Shown one piece after another: positions 34,182 to 43,985 of a DNA stretch of 49,198 nucleotides. This DNA comes from a virus. Taxonomy: Duplodnaviria; Caudoviricetes. A program made the position numbers and the translations under genes. The notes beneath the pieces are model-generated. The model worked only from the letters and a program-made list of their open reading frames with translations, did not search any database and was not told the origin of the DNA. Where the stretch lies: IMG/VR virus record IMGVR_UViG_3300037755_000083, positions 1 through 49,198 of that record; one strand, written 5' to 3'. The number at the start of each line of letters is the position of its first letter. The first letter of the stretch is position 1.

Positions 34182-35056
34182 CGATCCAGAACGTGGTTCG
34201 CTGGGAGGTGACCGAGCTCGAAGAGTCGATCGCCTCCATGGCCATCGCTGACGGACTCGGCAGCTCACGGCAGATCGTGCGCGCCGCCTACATGCCTCAG
34301 CGTTACACGTCGGTGCAGGAGATGATGGCTCTTCCGCTGTACTTCGCCGCCCACCGTGGCGGAGGGCTGGAGTATCCGGAGGAGAGCCTGCGTTCTTACA
34401 CGCAGTCTGTCTACCAGGGTTACGGAATGCTGGAGTGTTCCATAGCCCGCACATCGGATGGCGTGTACTTCGGCCTGCATGACATCGACATGGACCGCAC
34501 ATCGGGTGGCGACTTCCCGGAGGCTTCAGAGATGACGTGGGCGGAGGTCCAGCAGGAGGTCATCCTTCCCCCGGCTGGCGTGAACACTCCTTCGGAGCCG
34601 TATATGCGCCTGGAGGAGCTGGCGGAAGCCTACTCGGCTTCGCACAATCTCATCGTGGATCCGAAGCACATCGATCCTGAGCACTACCCGGAGCTCCTGG
34701 ACCTGATGGACTCATACGGCGGGAACGCTCGCTGGGTGGGCAAGTACGTCGGCCATTCGCCGAACTGGTGGAATGGTCTGACCGCTCGCGGCTACGAGTC
34801 GTTCCGCCCGTTCTTCCAGGGCGAGTGGCCCGACACTCCCGGCGAGGGAAACCCGCCTTCGGGCGTGGATGACGTGACGATTGTCGGCATCGACGCTACC
34901 GCCGCGCAGACGTACTACGACGACCTGATGGACACAGGGAAGCCGATCTGGACTCACGGCACCACGTCGCAGGCTGACGCAGACACCGCCATCTCTCGTG
35001 GTGCCGACTGTGTCCAGTCTTCGGTCCCGAGGCAGATCGATCCCTATGCTCAATAG
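34178..35056 (+). CDS. Glycerophosphodiester phosphodiesterase (GDPD)
   Basis: AHRGG..YPEES, LECS..RTSDG, LHD..MDRT, VDPK. Confidence 0.85.
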   Translation: MTIQNVVRWEVTELEESIASMAIADGLGSSRQIVRAAYMPQRYTSVQEMMALPLYFAAHRGGGLEYPEESLRSYTQSVYQGYGMLECSIARTSDGVYFGLHDIDMDRTSGGDFPEASEMTWAEVQQEVILPPAGVNTPSEPYMRLEELAEAYSASHNLIVDPKHIDPEHYPELLDLMDSYGGNARWVGKYVGHSPNWWNGLTARGYESFRPFFQGEWPDTPGEGNPPSGVDDVTIVGIDATAAQTYYDDLMDTGKPIWTHGTTSQADADTAISRGADCVQSSVPRQIDPYAQ

Positions 35057-35384
35057 TCCCGAAGTCGTAGTTGCACTCATCACGTCATTGACCGCGATCA
35101 CGATCGCGATCATCACGGGGATCTCTGCGTGGGTGAACTCCCGACGCTCCGGCAAGAAGGTCGACGACATCCACCACGAGATGCAGCCGAACTCTGGCAA
35201 GTCCGTCGTGGACCGGACGGCGAGGATGGAAACCCAGATGGCGCGGATGGCTGGGAATGTAGCTGAGATGGCCAACGTTCTTACGGAGATCCGCATGGAC
35301 TTCGGCGAACACGCGACGAAGTCTGAGAAGTACTACCGCTTCGCCGACGAGCTTGCGGCAGAGCAGAACAGGGAGATTGTCTGA
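35046..35384 (+). CDS. Single-TM membrane protein of the lysis cassette
   Basis: N-terminal TM helix; PNSGKS..D then coiled coil. Confidence 0.65.
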   Translation: MLNSPEVVVALITSLTAITIAIITGISAWVNSRRSGKKVDDIHHEMQPNSGKSVVDRTARMETQMARMAGNVAEMANVLTEIRMDFGEHATKSEKYYRFADELAAEQNREIV

Positions 35385-35614
35385 TGCTGAAGGATCTCGT
35401 CCCCGAGGACGTTCGCCAGAAGGCGTATCTGGTCTTTGCCATCGCGCTGGTCGCGCTGGGCGCCACGAACATCTTCGTCGGTGACGGCGGTGCAGTCGCT
35501 GCGGTCCTGGCCGACGTGAACGAGGCTGTCCTGTACGTGGGTGCCGCGTTCGGCTTCGTCGCTGCCGGGAACACCAACCGGCCCGAGGGCTTCGACCTGC
35601 CGGTGAGCGAGTGA
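35384..35614 (+). CDS. Holin
   Basis: 76 aa, two TM helices, P..VRQKAY...AAGNT; near endolysin. Confidence 0.7.
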   Translation: MLKDLVPEDVRQKAYLVFAIALVALGATNIFVGDGGAVAAVLADVNEAVLYVGAAFGFVAAGNTNRPEGFDLPVSE

Positions 35615-35615
35615 C

Positions 35616-35891
35616 ATGACCAGAGGCGTGAAGCGCGGCTCCCGGTGCCGATCCGGCTGCCTGACCCGCGACCACCGTTCGTGGGGCGAGTGCGCTCGCT
35701 CCGCGAACATCGCCGTGGACGGCGCTGGCATCATGGGCGCCGACAGGAAGCTCGGCCGTGAACTTGCGCGATACCGCGCAGCCGACGACGCGGGCCTGAA
35801 CCCCGAGGCCCCTACACACGCAGCCGTCGACAAGGCCATGCGTGATCGCGAAGCCCTGGAGGGCGCGAAGAAGAAGTACGGAGTGTCATGA
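35616..35891 (+). CDS. Hypothetical protein (CRSGC.T.DH.SWGEC motif)
   Basis: Cys/His cluster; ATGA overlap with endolysin. Confidence 0.65.
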   Translation: MTRGVKRGSRCRSGCLTRDHRSWGECARSANIAVDGAGIMGADRKLGRELARYRAADDAGLNPEAPTHAAVDKAMRDREALEGAKKKYGVS

Positions 35892-36739
35892 AGCTGAACA
35901 TCATCACGAGCATTCGCTCGGGGAACTTCTGGCGAGGTCGAGGCGGCTACACGCTCGACACCGTTGTGATCCACTGGTGGGGTGACCCGGACCACTTCGG
36001 CGACTCCTACAAGGACGACGACGTGTTTGGCGTCGCCCGCTACCTGTCCCGGCTCGGTGGCCTCTCTTCGGCGACTGCCGTCATCTCTGGTCGGCGCGTC
36101 TGCGAGATCGTCAGCGACAACAACGGTGCCTGGCATTCAGGTGACCGAGTCACGAACCTGCGCTCGATCGGTCTGGAGCTCGACCCCGACGCTCAGGGCC
36201 TGACGCGGGACGCTGCGGTGGAGTACATCTACCGCAAGGAGAAGAAGTACGGGCTCCGGTTCCGCATCATCGAGCACCGTGATGTGTCGGCGACGGCCTG
36301 TCCTGGCGTGTGGTCTGCTGCGGACATCCGCAAGCGCGTGGACGCCCGCCACGCCGAGGGCGCGGCCCCTGTGAGCAACCCGGTGTTGACGAAGCCCGCA
36401 CACATCAAGGTGGACGGCTTCTGGGGTCGTTCGACCACGAAGCGCCTCCAGAAGGTGCTGGGCACGCCGCAGGACGGTGAAGTGTCTTCGCAGTCCCGCA
36501 CATGGCGGACCCGAAACCCTGGCCTCACCACGGGCTGGAAGTGGGTCTCGAACCCCAAGGGTTCGAGGGTCGTCGCTGCGCTTCAGCGGAAGCTCGGCGT
36601 GAAGCCTGACGGATTCATCGGGCCGAAGACCATCAAGGCGCTTCAGCGCCGGGTGGGCGTCACTGCGGACGGCGTGATCTCGCGCCGGTCACGGACCGTG
36701 ATGGCCCTCCAGAAGCGACTGAACGAGGGGCGCATCTGA
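35888..36739 (+). CDS. Endolysin: N-acetylmuramoyl-L-alanine amidase with peptidoglycan-binding repeats
   Basis: VIHWWG, AWHSG, SIGLE, HRDVSATACPG; DG..G..T..ALQ repeats. Confidence 0.9.
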   Translation: MKLNIITSIRSGNFWRGRGGYTLDTVVIHWWGDPDHFGDSYKDDDVFGVARYLSRLGGLSSATAVISGRRVCEIVSDNNGAWHSGDRVTNLRSIGLELDPDAQGLTRDAAVEYIYRKEKKYGLRFRIIEHRDVSATACPGVWSAADIRKRVDARHAEGAAPVSNPVLTKPAHIKVDGFWGRSTTKRLQKVLGTPQDGEVSSQSRTWRTRNPGLTTGWKWVSNPKGSRVVAALQRKLGVKPDGFIGPKTIKALQRRVGVTADGVISRRSRTVMALQKRLNEGRI

Positions 36740-36740
36740 C

Positions 36741-37691
36741 ATGCTGGTTGATGAAATCGTGCGGGACATCAGGGACCGGCTGGCGGGTACGGGCCTCTAT
36801 CAGGACAACTCGACCGAGCTGGCCGCTGATCTGACCGCCGATTTCATCAACCCCGAAACCGGGAACCCTGTCCCCCGGCAAGTCCACGTCACCGACACGA
36901 CGGCCATTGGCCCCGGTGTCATCGAGATCGACTATGAGCGCATCCGCGTGCGCAACTCTGAGGAGAATGTCCTGAACGTGTACACGTTCGGGCGCGGCTA
37001 CGCCGGTTCGCAGGCGGCGGTCCATACGGCTGGCGCCGAAGTGCGCATTGACCCGACATTCCCATCCTCGGCGATCCTGCGTGAGTTCCGCGCTGGAATC
37101 CTCGATCTCTACCCTGCCGTCTACGCGGTGAAGTCCTTCGAGGGCTTCTACGACGTTCCTGTCGTGGAGTCTGATGAGGAGGGTGAAGAGCCGGTCACTA
37201 CGACTTACCCAGTGCCTTTCAAGGTGCCGGACGAGGCGGCAGGCATCGTCTCCGTGTACATCATGGACGCGCTGATCAACAAGTGGATCCAGCAGGAAGT
37301 GTGGCGCTGGGATCCGATGGCCGGTAACGGCCTGGAGATCCCGTTCGCGAACAAGAATGATCTTGTCCGCGTCGTCTACGCTGCCGCACCCACGGATGAG
37401 GTCGAGGCTTTCGACGACTTCGAGACAGTGACAGGACTTTCCTCGAACTCGAAGGAGATCCTGTCTCTGGGAATCGCGGCGAAGTTCCTCACCTACTTCG
37501 CGACTGCGCGGGCGCCGAGGAACGCGGCAGAGGCTCGCCTGGACGCTCAGTCCGCTCCGGCGTCACTGCCCGCGCAGGTTGCCCGCCAGCTTCAGCAGCA
37601 GTATCAGGAGCGGCTCGCTCAGGAGCAGTTCCGGCTGCGCCAGGACTACCCGATCAGGGTTCACCGGGAGGTGCCTCGCTTTGGCAATTAA
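36741..37691 (+). CDS. Head-tail adaptor / tail tubular protein A-like
   Basis: IEIDYERI..GRGYAGS.A..H..GA.V domain; position. Confidence 0.55.
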   Translation: MLVDEIVRDIRDRLAGTGLYQDNSTELAADLTADFINPETGNPVPRQVHVTDTTAIGPGVIEIDYERIRVRNSEENVLNVYTFGRGYAGSQAAVHTAGAEVRIDPTFPSSAILREFRAGILDLYPAVYAVKSFEGFYDVPVVESDEEGEEPVTTTYPVPFKVPDEAAGIVSVYIMDALINKWIQQEVWRWDPMAGNGLEIPFANKNDLVRVVYAAAPTDEVEAFDDFETVTGLSSNSKEILSLGIAAKFLTYFATARAPRNAAEARLDAQSAPASLPAQVARQLQQQYQERLAQEQFRLRQDYPIRVHREVPRFGN

Positions 37692-38298
37692 CTTCTCCAG
37701 CATCACGATCGAGATGTTCCTCAATGGCGCCATCGGCGCCGGGGACACGATCCTTGATCTGGACGCAATTACGGGCCTGCCTGATCCGGACTTCGATCTG
37801 GTGATCGACCCGGGCGAGTCGAACGAGGAGATCGTCACCGCCACAGCCGTCGACGACATGACGAACGAGGTGACGGTTCTTCGTGGTCAGGATGGCACGG
37901 TGGCCACGACGCACAACCCTGGCGCTTCGGTGCGCCACATGTTCATCGGTGGGCGGGCTCAGGAACTCTTCGACTACATGGTGTCGGAGACGGCCGCGCG
38001 CGAGGCGCATGAGGCGGACACCACTTCGGTCCACGGCATCGCGGACACAGGCAATCTCGTTGACACGAACTCGGAGCAGACTCTCTCGACGAAGACGATC
38101 GACGCGGACAGCAACACGATCACGAACATCGGTGATGATGAGGTGGTCGGCCTGTCCGGCACGAAGATCACTTCGGCGGTGGCGGAGGCGGACGACGCTG
38201 ACACAGCGAATGGGATCAAGCCGTTCACTCAGAACGCAACACCGTCACATTCCGGGCCGTACGGGTCGGCATTCTGGATTCGCATTCCGGCCGAGTAA
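37681..38298 (+). CDS. Tail fibre-associated protein
   Basis: TTG start with GGAGGT RBS; EEIV...RGQDGT.A..H..GA.V.H; HEADTTSVHGIADT. Confidence 0.6.
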   Translation: MAINFSSITIEMFLNGAIGAGDTILDLDAITGLPDPDFDLVIDPGESNEEIVTATAVDDMTNEVTVLRGQDGTVATTHNPGASVRHMFIGGRAQELFDYMVSETAAREAHEADTTSVHGIADTGNLVDTNSEQTLSTKTIDADSNTITNIGDDEVVGLSGTKITSAVAEADDADTANGIKPFTQNATPSHSGPYGSAFWIRIPAE

Positions 38299-38307
38299 GG
38301 AGATCGC

Positions 38308-39999
38308 ATGACTTGGCTTGGGAATCTGAGCGACCGCCGTGTCGGATCCGCCCATTCGAACACGATCTGGGGCGCGTGGTCAGGGCACCAGCGCATCGGA
38401 ATGGCGATCATCTTCGACACCCCGACGACGTCTACGACGACGGGGATGCACGTTCGGATCTACCTGGAGAATCGCGGGTTCGCCTACGATGACGATCAGC
38501 ACGTGGACTACCGGTGGGATCAGGGGCTGTACTCCGATGACTTCCACAATGACTTCGGCCCTTCGGGCGGGATTGCCCGACTGAGGTTCTGGGACGGCTC
38601 GATCTCCGTCCAGGATTCGACGTACAAGATCCCGTTCGCCGGGACCGTGTCCGGCGTGTTCAACGGCACCTCGCCACACGTGTCTGGCGAGAAGACGGTC
38701 CCGAAGCGCGCTCCGCGAGCTCCTTCCGCGCCGACGCAGAACAATCCTTCGCTGATCACCTCGTCTTCCGTTCGTGTCAACTACAGTCTGAACAGTTCGA
38801 ATGGCGCGGCGGTCGAGAAAACCCAAGTGCAGCGAGCGCAGAACTCTGGATTCTCGACTGGCGTCCTCACTCGCACCGACTCATCGGGCTTCAACGCGTA
38901 TGATGGTCACGACGACCTCACTCGGGCCACCCAGTACTGGACGCGTGTCCGCGCGCTGAACAGCGCTGGGTGGTCAGACTGGTCGAACACTCGATCGTTC
39001 ACCACGGCGGCGACGGTTCCTGACCGGCCTGCGGCACCGGTGGTCACGAACATACAGACAAATCGCGTGGATATCGGTTACGGGACGTTGCCAAGCAATG
39101 GCGGGTCGTCGTTCACGAATGCCCGCATTCTGGTGGAGCTCGCTTCGGACGGCTCGAATATCAGGGACATCACTGACACGACCGACCTGAATACGCCGTT
39201 CATCGTTACCGGGCTGACGCGGGCGACGGATTACACGGTGCGCACATGGTTGCGCAACAGTGTCGGCCAGTCTCTCCAGTCGCCCATCACCTCATTCTCG
39301 ACGCTGCCTACAGTGGCCACCGCGCCGAGGAACCTGCGCTTCACGTCACGTGGAATCACCGCCATCTCGGTGGCATGGGATGCACCGTCAGATGATGGCG
39401 GTCGTACGATCGACTATTACATCGTTCAACGGTCAACGAGCTCGAACATGTCCAGCCCGACACAGATCCAGACGTCAAACCTGTCGGCGACGTTCAGCGG
39501 TCTGATTGGTGGGACCCGCTACTATTTCAGGGTTTACTCGCACACGAGCGCGGGCAACGGTTCGTTCTCCGAGATCATCAACACGACCACTTTCCCGGCC
39601 GTCGCCGGGGAGCCGTACGAGGTCCTTGCTCAGCCGACGTCTGTCCAGTTCGCCTGGGAGCCGGTCTCTGGCGCCACCCAGTACGAGTGGGAACTCCTCA
39701 CGTCCCCGACGACAGGCGTCGTCGCGACGGGCCTCACGTCGGGCACTGGGCCGATCACGGTGGGCAGCCTTTCCACTCGAACCTCCTACTACGCGCGCGT
39801 GCGCGTAACGCAGCCCGAAGTGGGGTCCTACTCTGACTCGACGGAGATCACCACGATCATCCCGATGCGCGGCTGGGGCGGGACCGGCTGGGTTCACCAC
39901 CTGGCCACCTACGGGTGGGACGGGGATGGCTGGGTCGAGGCTGACGAAGTGTTCGGCTGGGACGGCTCCGACTGGCAGCCTGTTCAGGAGGGCGCATGA
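38308..39999 (+). CDS. Tail protein with tandem fibronectin type III domains
   Basis: Repeated L...T.Y..RVRA.NSAG.S and W.APSDDGG.TIDYY. Confidence 0.8.
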   Translation: MTWLGNLSDRRVGSAHSNTIWGAWSGHQRIGMAIIFDTPTTSTTTGMHVRIYLENRGFAYDDDQHVDYRWDQGLYSDDFHNDFGPSGGIARLRFWDGSISVQDSTYKIPFAGTVSGVFNGTSPHVSGEKTVPKRAPRAPSAPTQNNPSLITSSSVRVNYSLNSSNGAAVEKTQVQRAQNSGFSTGVLTRTDSSGFNAYDGHDDLTRATQYWTRVRALNSAGWSDWSNTRSFTTAATVPDRPAAPVVTNIQTNRVDIGYGTLPSNGGSSFTNARILVELASDGSNIRDITDTTDLNTPFIVTGLTRATDYTVRTWLRNSVGQSLQSPITSFSTLPTVATAPRNLRFTSRGITAISVAWDAPSDDGGRTIDYYIVQRSTSSNMSSPTQIQTSNLSATFSGLIGGTRYYFRVYSHTSAGNGSFSEIINTTTFPAVAGEPYEVLAQPTSVQFAWEPVSGATQYEWELLTSPTTGVVATGLTSGTGPITVGSLSTRTSYYARVRVTQPEVGSYSDSTEITTIIPMRGWGGTGWVHHLATYGWDGDGWVEADEVFGWDGSDWQPVQEGA

Positions 40000-41900
40000 G
40001 TTTCGCATTCATCTCCGAGGCTCCGGACATCACGGAGCAGATCCCGGTACAGCTCGGCGGGCAGTTCCGCCGAGCCATCGCGGCGGCTGATCTGTCGCAG
40101 GGGTTCGACCTCGCCATCGGCGATGTCTCGTTCCTGCTGCGACCATCGCCCGAGCACCCGTATCAGCGCGGCCTCGCGCAGATCGAGAAGGACCAGTTCG
40201 ACACCTCTTCGGACGCTGGCGAGCAGTCTCTCGGCGCCTGGTGGACGCGCGCCCAGAATGACTTCCGTGGCGGCTCTGGTGTCCGCTGGTACGAGCCCGG
40301 GGCTGATCCTGCCTCGCAGGACACGTTCTGGCGCTCGCAGGGTGTCGACGTGTGGGACGCGGAGGGCGCGGGACTGCTTCACGCCATGACGGAGGTCGGG
40401 GATGTCGCCACGCCGAGGAACCTGACTTCCCAGCCTGACGGCGTCACCTACACGTCCGGCAACAACGTCGCGTTCCGCGACACCGCTGGGGCTCAGCTCG
40501 CAACCCATGCCACATCGTCCGGAGTGACGAACCTCGCCGCTGGCGGCAGCTACGTGTGGGTGGGCACAGCGTCCGGCCTCGACCGCGCGACACAGGCCGG
40601 GATCGACCTGGACTGGTTCACGCACGCGTCTCCGTGTAGCGTCTGGCACGCCAAGGAGCGCCTGATCGTCGCCTCCGGCCCTGAGCTGTACTGGGTTGCT
40701 CCGGACGCCGACACGGGCGTCCTGGGCACCGTAGGCACGCTGATCTACACACACCCGAACCCGGACTGGGAATGGGTGGATGTCGCCGAGATGCCGAACG
40801 CGATCGTGGTTACTGGTTCGGAGGGCCAGGAGTCTGCCCTGTTCACGATCGGCCTCGCGAACACGAGCCCGTCTGGCACGAACATCCCGGACCTGGAGAT
40901 GCCGCAGGTTGCCTGGCAGACCCCGACGACGGAGCAGATCACCTCGATCGGTGCCTATCTGGGCATCTACCTGGTGATCGGCACGACTCGTGGCGTTCGT
41001 GTCGCGCTGGTGCAGCAGGGCGGCCTGTCGACGGGTCAGCTCACGCTGGAAACCGACAGCCCGGTTGTCGACATCACGTTCCATGACCGTTTCGCCTATG
41101 TGACATCAGAGGCGAACATCCCTGACGGGACGACCGGTGCATGGCGGGTCGACCTGTCCCGCCCCCTTGGCGAGTCCACCCAATACGCTACCGCGTCGGA
41201 CGTGACCACGGAGCTCGCGGGCACCGATCCTTCGATCGCCATGATCGACGGGACGGGGCGACTTGCTGTCGCAACCTCTGACGGCGTGTTCTACACCTCA
41301 GAGACGGACTGGGCGAACGAGTCGTGGATGGAATCAGGCGCGGTGCGCTTCCGCACCAACGAGCTGAAGATGTTCGCAAGCATGAAGGCGGCGGGCGACC
41401 TGACTCACGGTCAGATCATCACTGAATACCAGGTGACAGGAACGGACCGGTGGGAACCCCTGACGATCCTGGACACGCACGCCACGCTGAACGTCGACCA
41501 TCCGATCCCGTTCCCTTCGACGGGCTCGATCCGTCTGCGCTTCACGTTCACGACGGCGACGGACGAGTCGCCGGTCCTGGGTGGCTGGACCCTGAAGGGT
41601 CTGCCGATCATGAAGCGCCCGAGGATCATTCGCCTGCCACTGTCCGTGGCCGACGTGGAGATTACGCAGAAGGGCATCAAGGCGGGCTACCAGGGCTGGG
41701 CCGTGGACCGGCGTCTGGTGCTGGAGGCGTTGCTCGACGCTGAGATGGCGATTCCGATCGCCTATGCGGGCGACTCGCGCACGCACGTGGTCACCATCGA
41801 GGACTACGTGTTCTCGAACATCACGGCAGGGGATGGATCCCTGGAGAACAAGGGCGGCATCGTTGACCTGACGATCCGAGAGATTGCGATCGTCGAATGA
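39996..41900 (+). CDS. Tail nozzle / tubular protein B-like beta-propeller
   Basis: QFD.S...GEQSL..WW.R.Q.DF.GGSG; beta-rich, 634 aa. Confidence 0.6.
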   Translation: MSFAFISEAPDITEQIPVQLGGQFRRAIAAADLSQGFDLAIGDVSFLLRPSPEHPYQRGLAQIEKDQFDTSSDAGEQSLGAWWTRAQNDFRGGSGVRWYEPGADPASQDTFWRSQGVDVWDAEGAGLLHAMTEVGDVATPRNLTSQPDGVTYTSGNNVAFRDTAGAQLATHATSSGVTNLAAGGSYVWVGTASGLDRATQAGIDLDWFTHASPCSVWHAKERLIVASGPELYWVAPDADTGVLGTVGTLIYTHPNPDWEWVDVAEMPNAIVVTGSEGQESALFTIGLANTSPSGTNIPDLEMPQVAWQTPTTEQITSIGAYLGIYLVIGTTRGVRVALVQQGGLSTGQLTLETDSPVVDITFHDRFAYVTSEANIPDGTTGAWRVDLSRPLGESTQYATASDVTTELAGTDPSIAMIDGTGRLAVATSDGVFYTSETDWANESWMESGAVRFRTNELKMFASMKAAGDLTHGQIITEYQVTGTDRWEPLTILDTHATLNVDHPIPFPSTGSIRLRFTFTTATDESPVLGGWTLKGLPIMKRPRIIRLPLSVADVEITQKGIKAGYQGWAVDRRLVLEALLDAEMAIPIAYAGDSRTHVVTIEDYVFSNITAGDGSLENKGGIVDLTIREIAIVE

Positions 41901-42232
41901 CGCCGTCGTGGTTCCGGCGACCTGACTCGCTGTACGCGAAGCATGTCGTGGCCTACAGTCTGGGACTTTCCGTAGACAGCTCCCCGGATCTATCGCGCGG
42001 GCGTCTCATGATGTTCCAGGAGGAGAACCATCTCCCAGTGACCGGGGTCGTGGACCCCTTCACCGCTGCCGCGATCGGCGAGATGGAGATTCCCTGGCTG
42101 ATCAGGGAACTGAAGCCTCACTTGACTTTCACGCCTGACGATGTCAGGAAACTTCAGTCCGAACGCGGCGAGCGCCCCACCGGTGTTCCGAATGGGGCGC
42201 TGCGCGTCGATATGGTGATGATGGGCTTCTAG
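41897..42232 (+). CDS. Small protein with peptidoglycan-binding-like motifs
   Basis: FQEENHLPVTGVVD..T and LQSERGERPTGV. Confidence 0.5.
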   Translation: MTPSWFRRPDSLYAKHVVAYSLGLSVDSSPDLSRGRLMMFQEENHLPVTGVVDPFTAAAIGEMEIPWLIRELKPHLTFTPDDVRKLQSERGERPTGVPNGALRVDMVMMGF

Positions 42233-42705
42233 CTCCGCCCGTAGTTCCTCACTGCCAGGTACTCGCGCATGTCCTCCATGAGCACATCCAGCGCAGTCCG
42301 GACAGTGAAGTTCGGCGCTGCGGACCAAGCGTACTTCCGGCCTTCGGCATCGGATGCTACGAGCCCAAAGAGATCCCCCACTCGCATGTACGCATCCCAC
42401 TGGCCTGCTCGCTTCGTCCCGATGCCCTTCTTCTTGACGACGAGGATGCCGATGTCGGCGCCAGCGTTCTTGCGCTCCCGCTCCGTGTCCTGCATCCACG
42501 ACTCGATCAGATTGGCTGACGCCTGCTCGGCCGCCTTGCCAGCTTTCACCTCGAAGATGATGGTGCGCCACGGATCCGCCTGCACGTCGCCGATGTCATT
42601 AGCCCCGTGAGGGCCGGTCCTGTCGGCCTGGAGGCCGCAGTCCTGGAGGAAGCGAGTGACGGCTGTCTCGGCCTCCGTCCCGATGTCACGTGGTCGACGG
42701 GCCAT
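42229..42705 (-). CDS. Holliday junction resolvase (PD-(D/E)xK)
   Basis: GTEAETAV..FL, G.NDIGDV, IFEVKAG, LVVKKKG. Confidence 0.8.
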   Translation of the reverse strand: MARRPRDIGTEAETAVTRFLQDCGLQADRTGPHGANDIGDVQADPWRTIIFEVKAGKAAEQASANLIESWMQDTERERKNAGADIGILVVKKKGIGTKRAGQWDAYMRVGDLFGLVASDAEGRKYAWSAAPNFTVRTALDVLMEDMREYLAVRNYGRS

Positions 42706-42946
42706 TGACGATCTCCTCCAGCTCCTCGCCGCGCTTCGTCTCGGCGTACATCTCCTCCAGGCACTCCGGAGTGAACATCTGCGCCAGGATGGCGCGTGAG
42801 ATGTCATCCAGGTGCTCCTTCATGATGTGCGCGTCTTCGGTGTTCCCGTAGCCGGGGAAGGCGAGGACGTCCCCTCGGACGCCCATCTTGAAGGTCAGGC
42901 CCTCATAGTGGATCTGCGCCTCGCGGGTGAATGTCGAGTCCTGCAT
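42686..42946 (-). CDS. Hypothetical protein
   Basis: GGAGG RBS. Confidence 0.55.
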   Translation of the reverse strand: MQDSTFTREAQIHYEGLTFKMGVRGDVLAFPGYGNTEDAHIMKEHLDDISRAILAQMFTPECLEEMYAETKRGEELEEIVNGPSTT

Positions 42947-43109
42947 GAGCTTCCTCCATGTGCTTGAGATGTGCCGTCCGCGTGTCGACGTGGACGATGT
43001 TGTTGTTCTCGCCGACACGCTTGACCGGCACCTTGTAGTAATCCTTGCAGTGGTGACACCAGAGCCCGACTGAGCTCGGTGGCGGCTTCTTACTTCGGCG
43101 GGCTGGCAA
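42903..43109 (-). CDS. Possible small C2H2 zinc-binding protein
   Basis: WCHHC...HLKHMEEAH; start uncertain. Confidence 0.4.
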   Translation of the reverse strand: MPARRSKKPPPSSVGLWCHHCKDYYKVPVKRVGENNNIVHVDTRTAHLKHMEEAHAGLDIHPRGADPL

Positions 43110-43368
43110 GATTGTCCAGGGCGGTCAGCTCTGTCACCAGTGTAAGGATCGCGTCGAGGCGCCGCTCTTCGGGGGTCGCTGTGAGTCGCTGCCGGTTCCA
43201 GACCATGTACTTCGCGTCGAACTTGTCGTAGCGATCCCAGCCGATGAACGCCTCATCTTCGCCGTTCAGGTGCTCGATGACGGCCTGCGGGGGCAGGCCC
43301 TCCTTGTAAGAGACCGTGATGCGAGTCTCCTCGTCCATCACCTGCTTGAACTCTAGACTGAAACTCAC
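43090..43368 (-). CDS. Hypothetical protein
   Basis: GTGA overlap, AAGGAGG RBS. Confidence 0.6.
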   Translation of the reverse strand: MSFSLEFKQVMDEETRITVSYKEGLPPQAVIEHLNGEDEAFIGWDRYDKFDAKYMVWNRQRLTATPEERRLDAILTLVTELTALDNLASPPK

Positions 43369-43985
43369 TTGCCCTCCTTCGTTGTCTCCCAGATCTTGCC
43401 CGTCACTCCTGAAGCATACCACGCCTTCAGGAGGAGCATGTCATCGGCCGGAGCGAGCGGCCCGTTGTTCAGCTCGCCGACGAGCCACTGTGCGATGCGC
43501 TCCCTGCCGAGCTTCCGAGCCCAGCGGCTTGCGCTGGTGGAGATCTTGTCCCGGTACTCGAATGGCAGGTGCTGATACCGCGCCTTGGCGCCAGACTCTT
43601 CGTACTGGCTCATCTCCCGGTCGGGCCGGGTGAGCAGCCAGAATGCCTGCGCAAGCGCCTGCTCGTACTCACTCAGCCGCTCGGACCACTGGACGGCCTT
43701 CGGACCCCAGGCGACGACGCCGAGGAGCGCGACCGGGTCGAATCGAGGATCGCACGCATTGGCGTGCTTGATGTCGGTCTCGTAGTGGGTCATCTCCTCG
43801 CCGCTGTCGTCCATCGCCCGAGCGATGGCGCGAGATCGGAGCATCCCGAGGCCGAAGTCGTGAAGCAGGTCTCGACGCTCCGCATAGGTGATGCCTTCGC
43901 TGTACGCCTTCAGCCACTTGCCTCGCTGGTCGCCGGTTCGGCCCATGAGGAAGCCGAGGCTGATGCGGGTGCTGTTCGTGGTCAT
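43365..43985 (-). CDS. Hypothetical protein
   Basis: ATGA overlap, AAGGAG RBS. Confidence 0.65.
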   Translation of the reverse strand: MTTNSTRISLGFLMGRTGDQRGKWLKAYSEGITYAERRDLLHDFGLGMLRSRAIARAMDDSGEEMTHYETDIKHANACDPRFDPVALLGVVAWGPKAVQWSERLSEYEQALAQAFWLLTRPDREMSQYEESGAKARYQHLPFEYRDKISTSASRWARKLGRERIAQWLVGELNNGPLAPADDMLLLKAWYASGVTGKIWETTKEGK

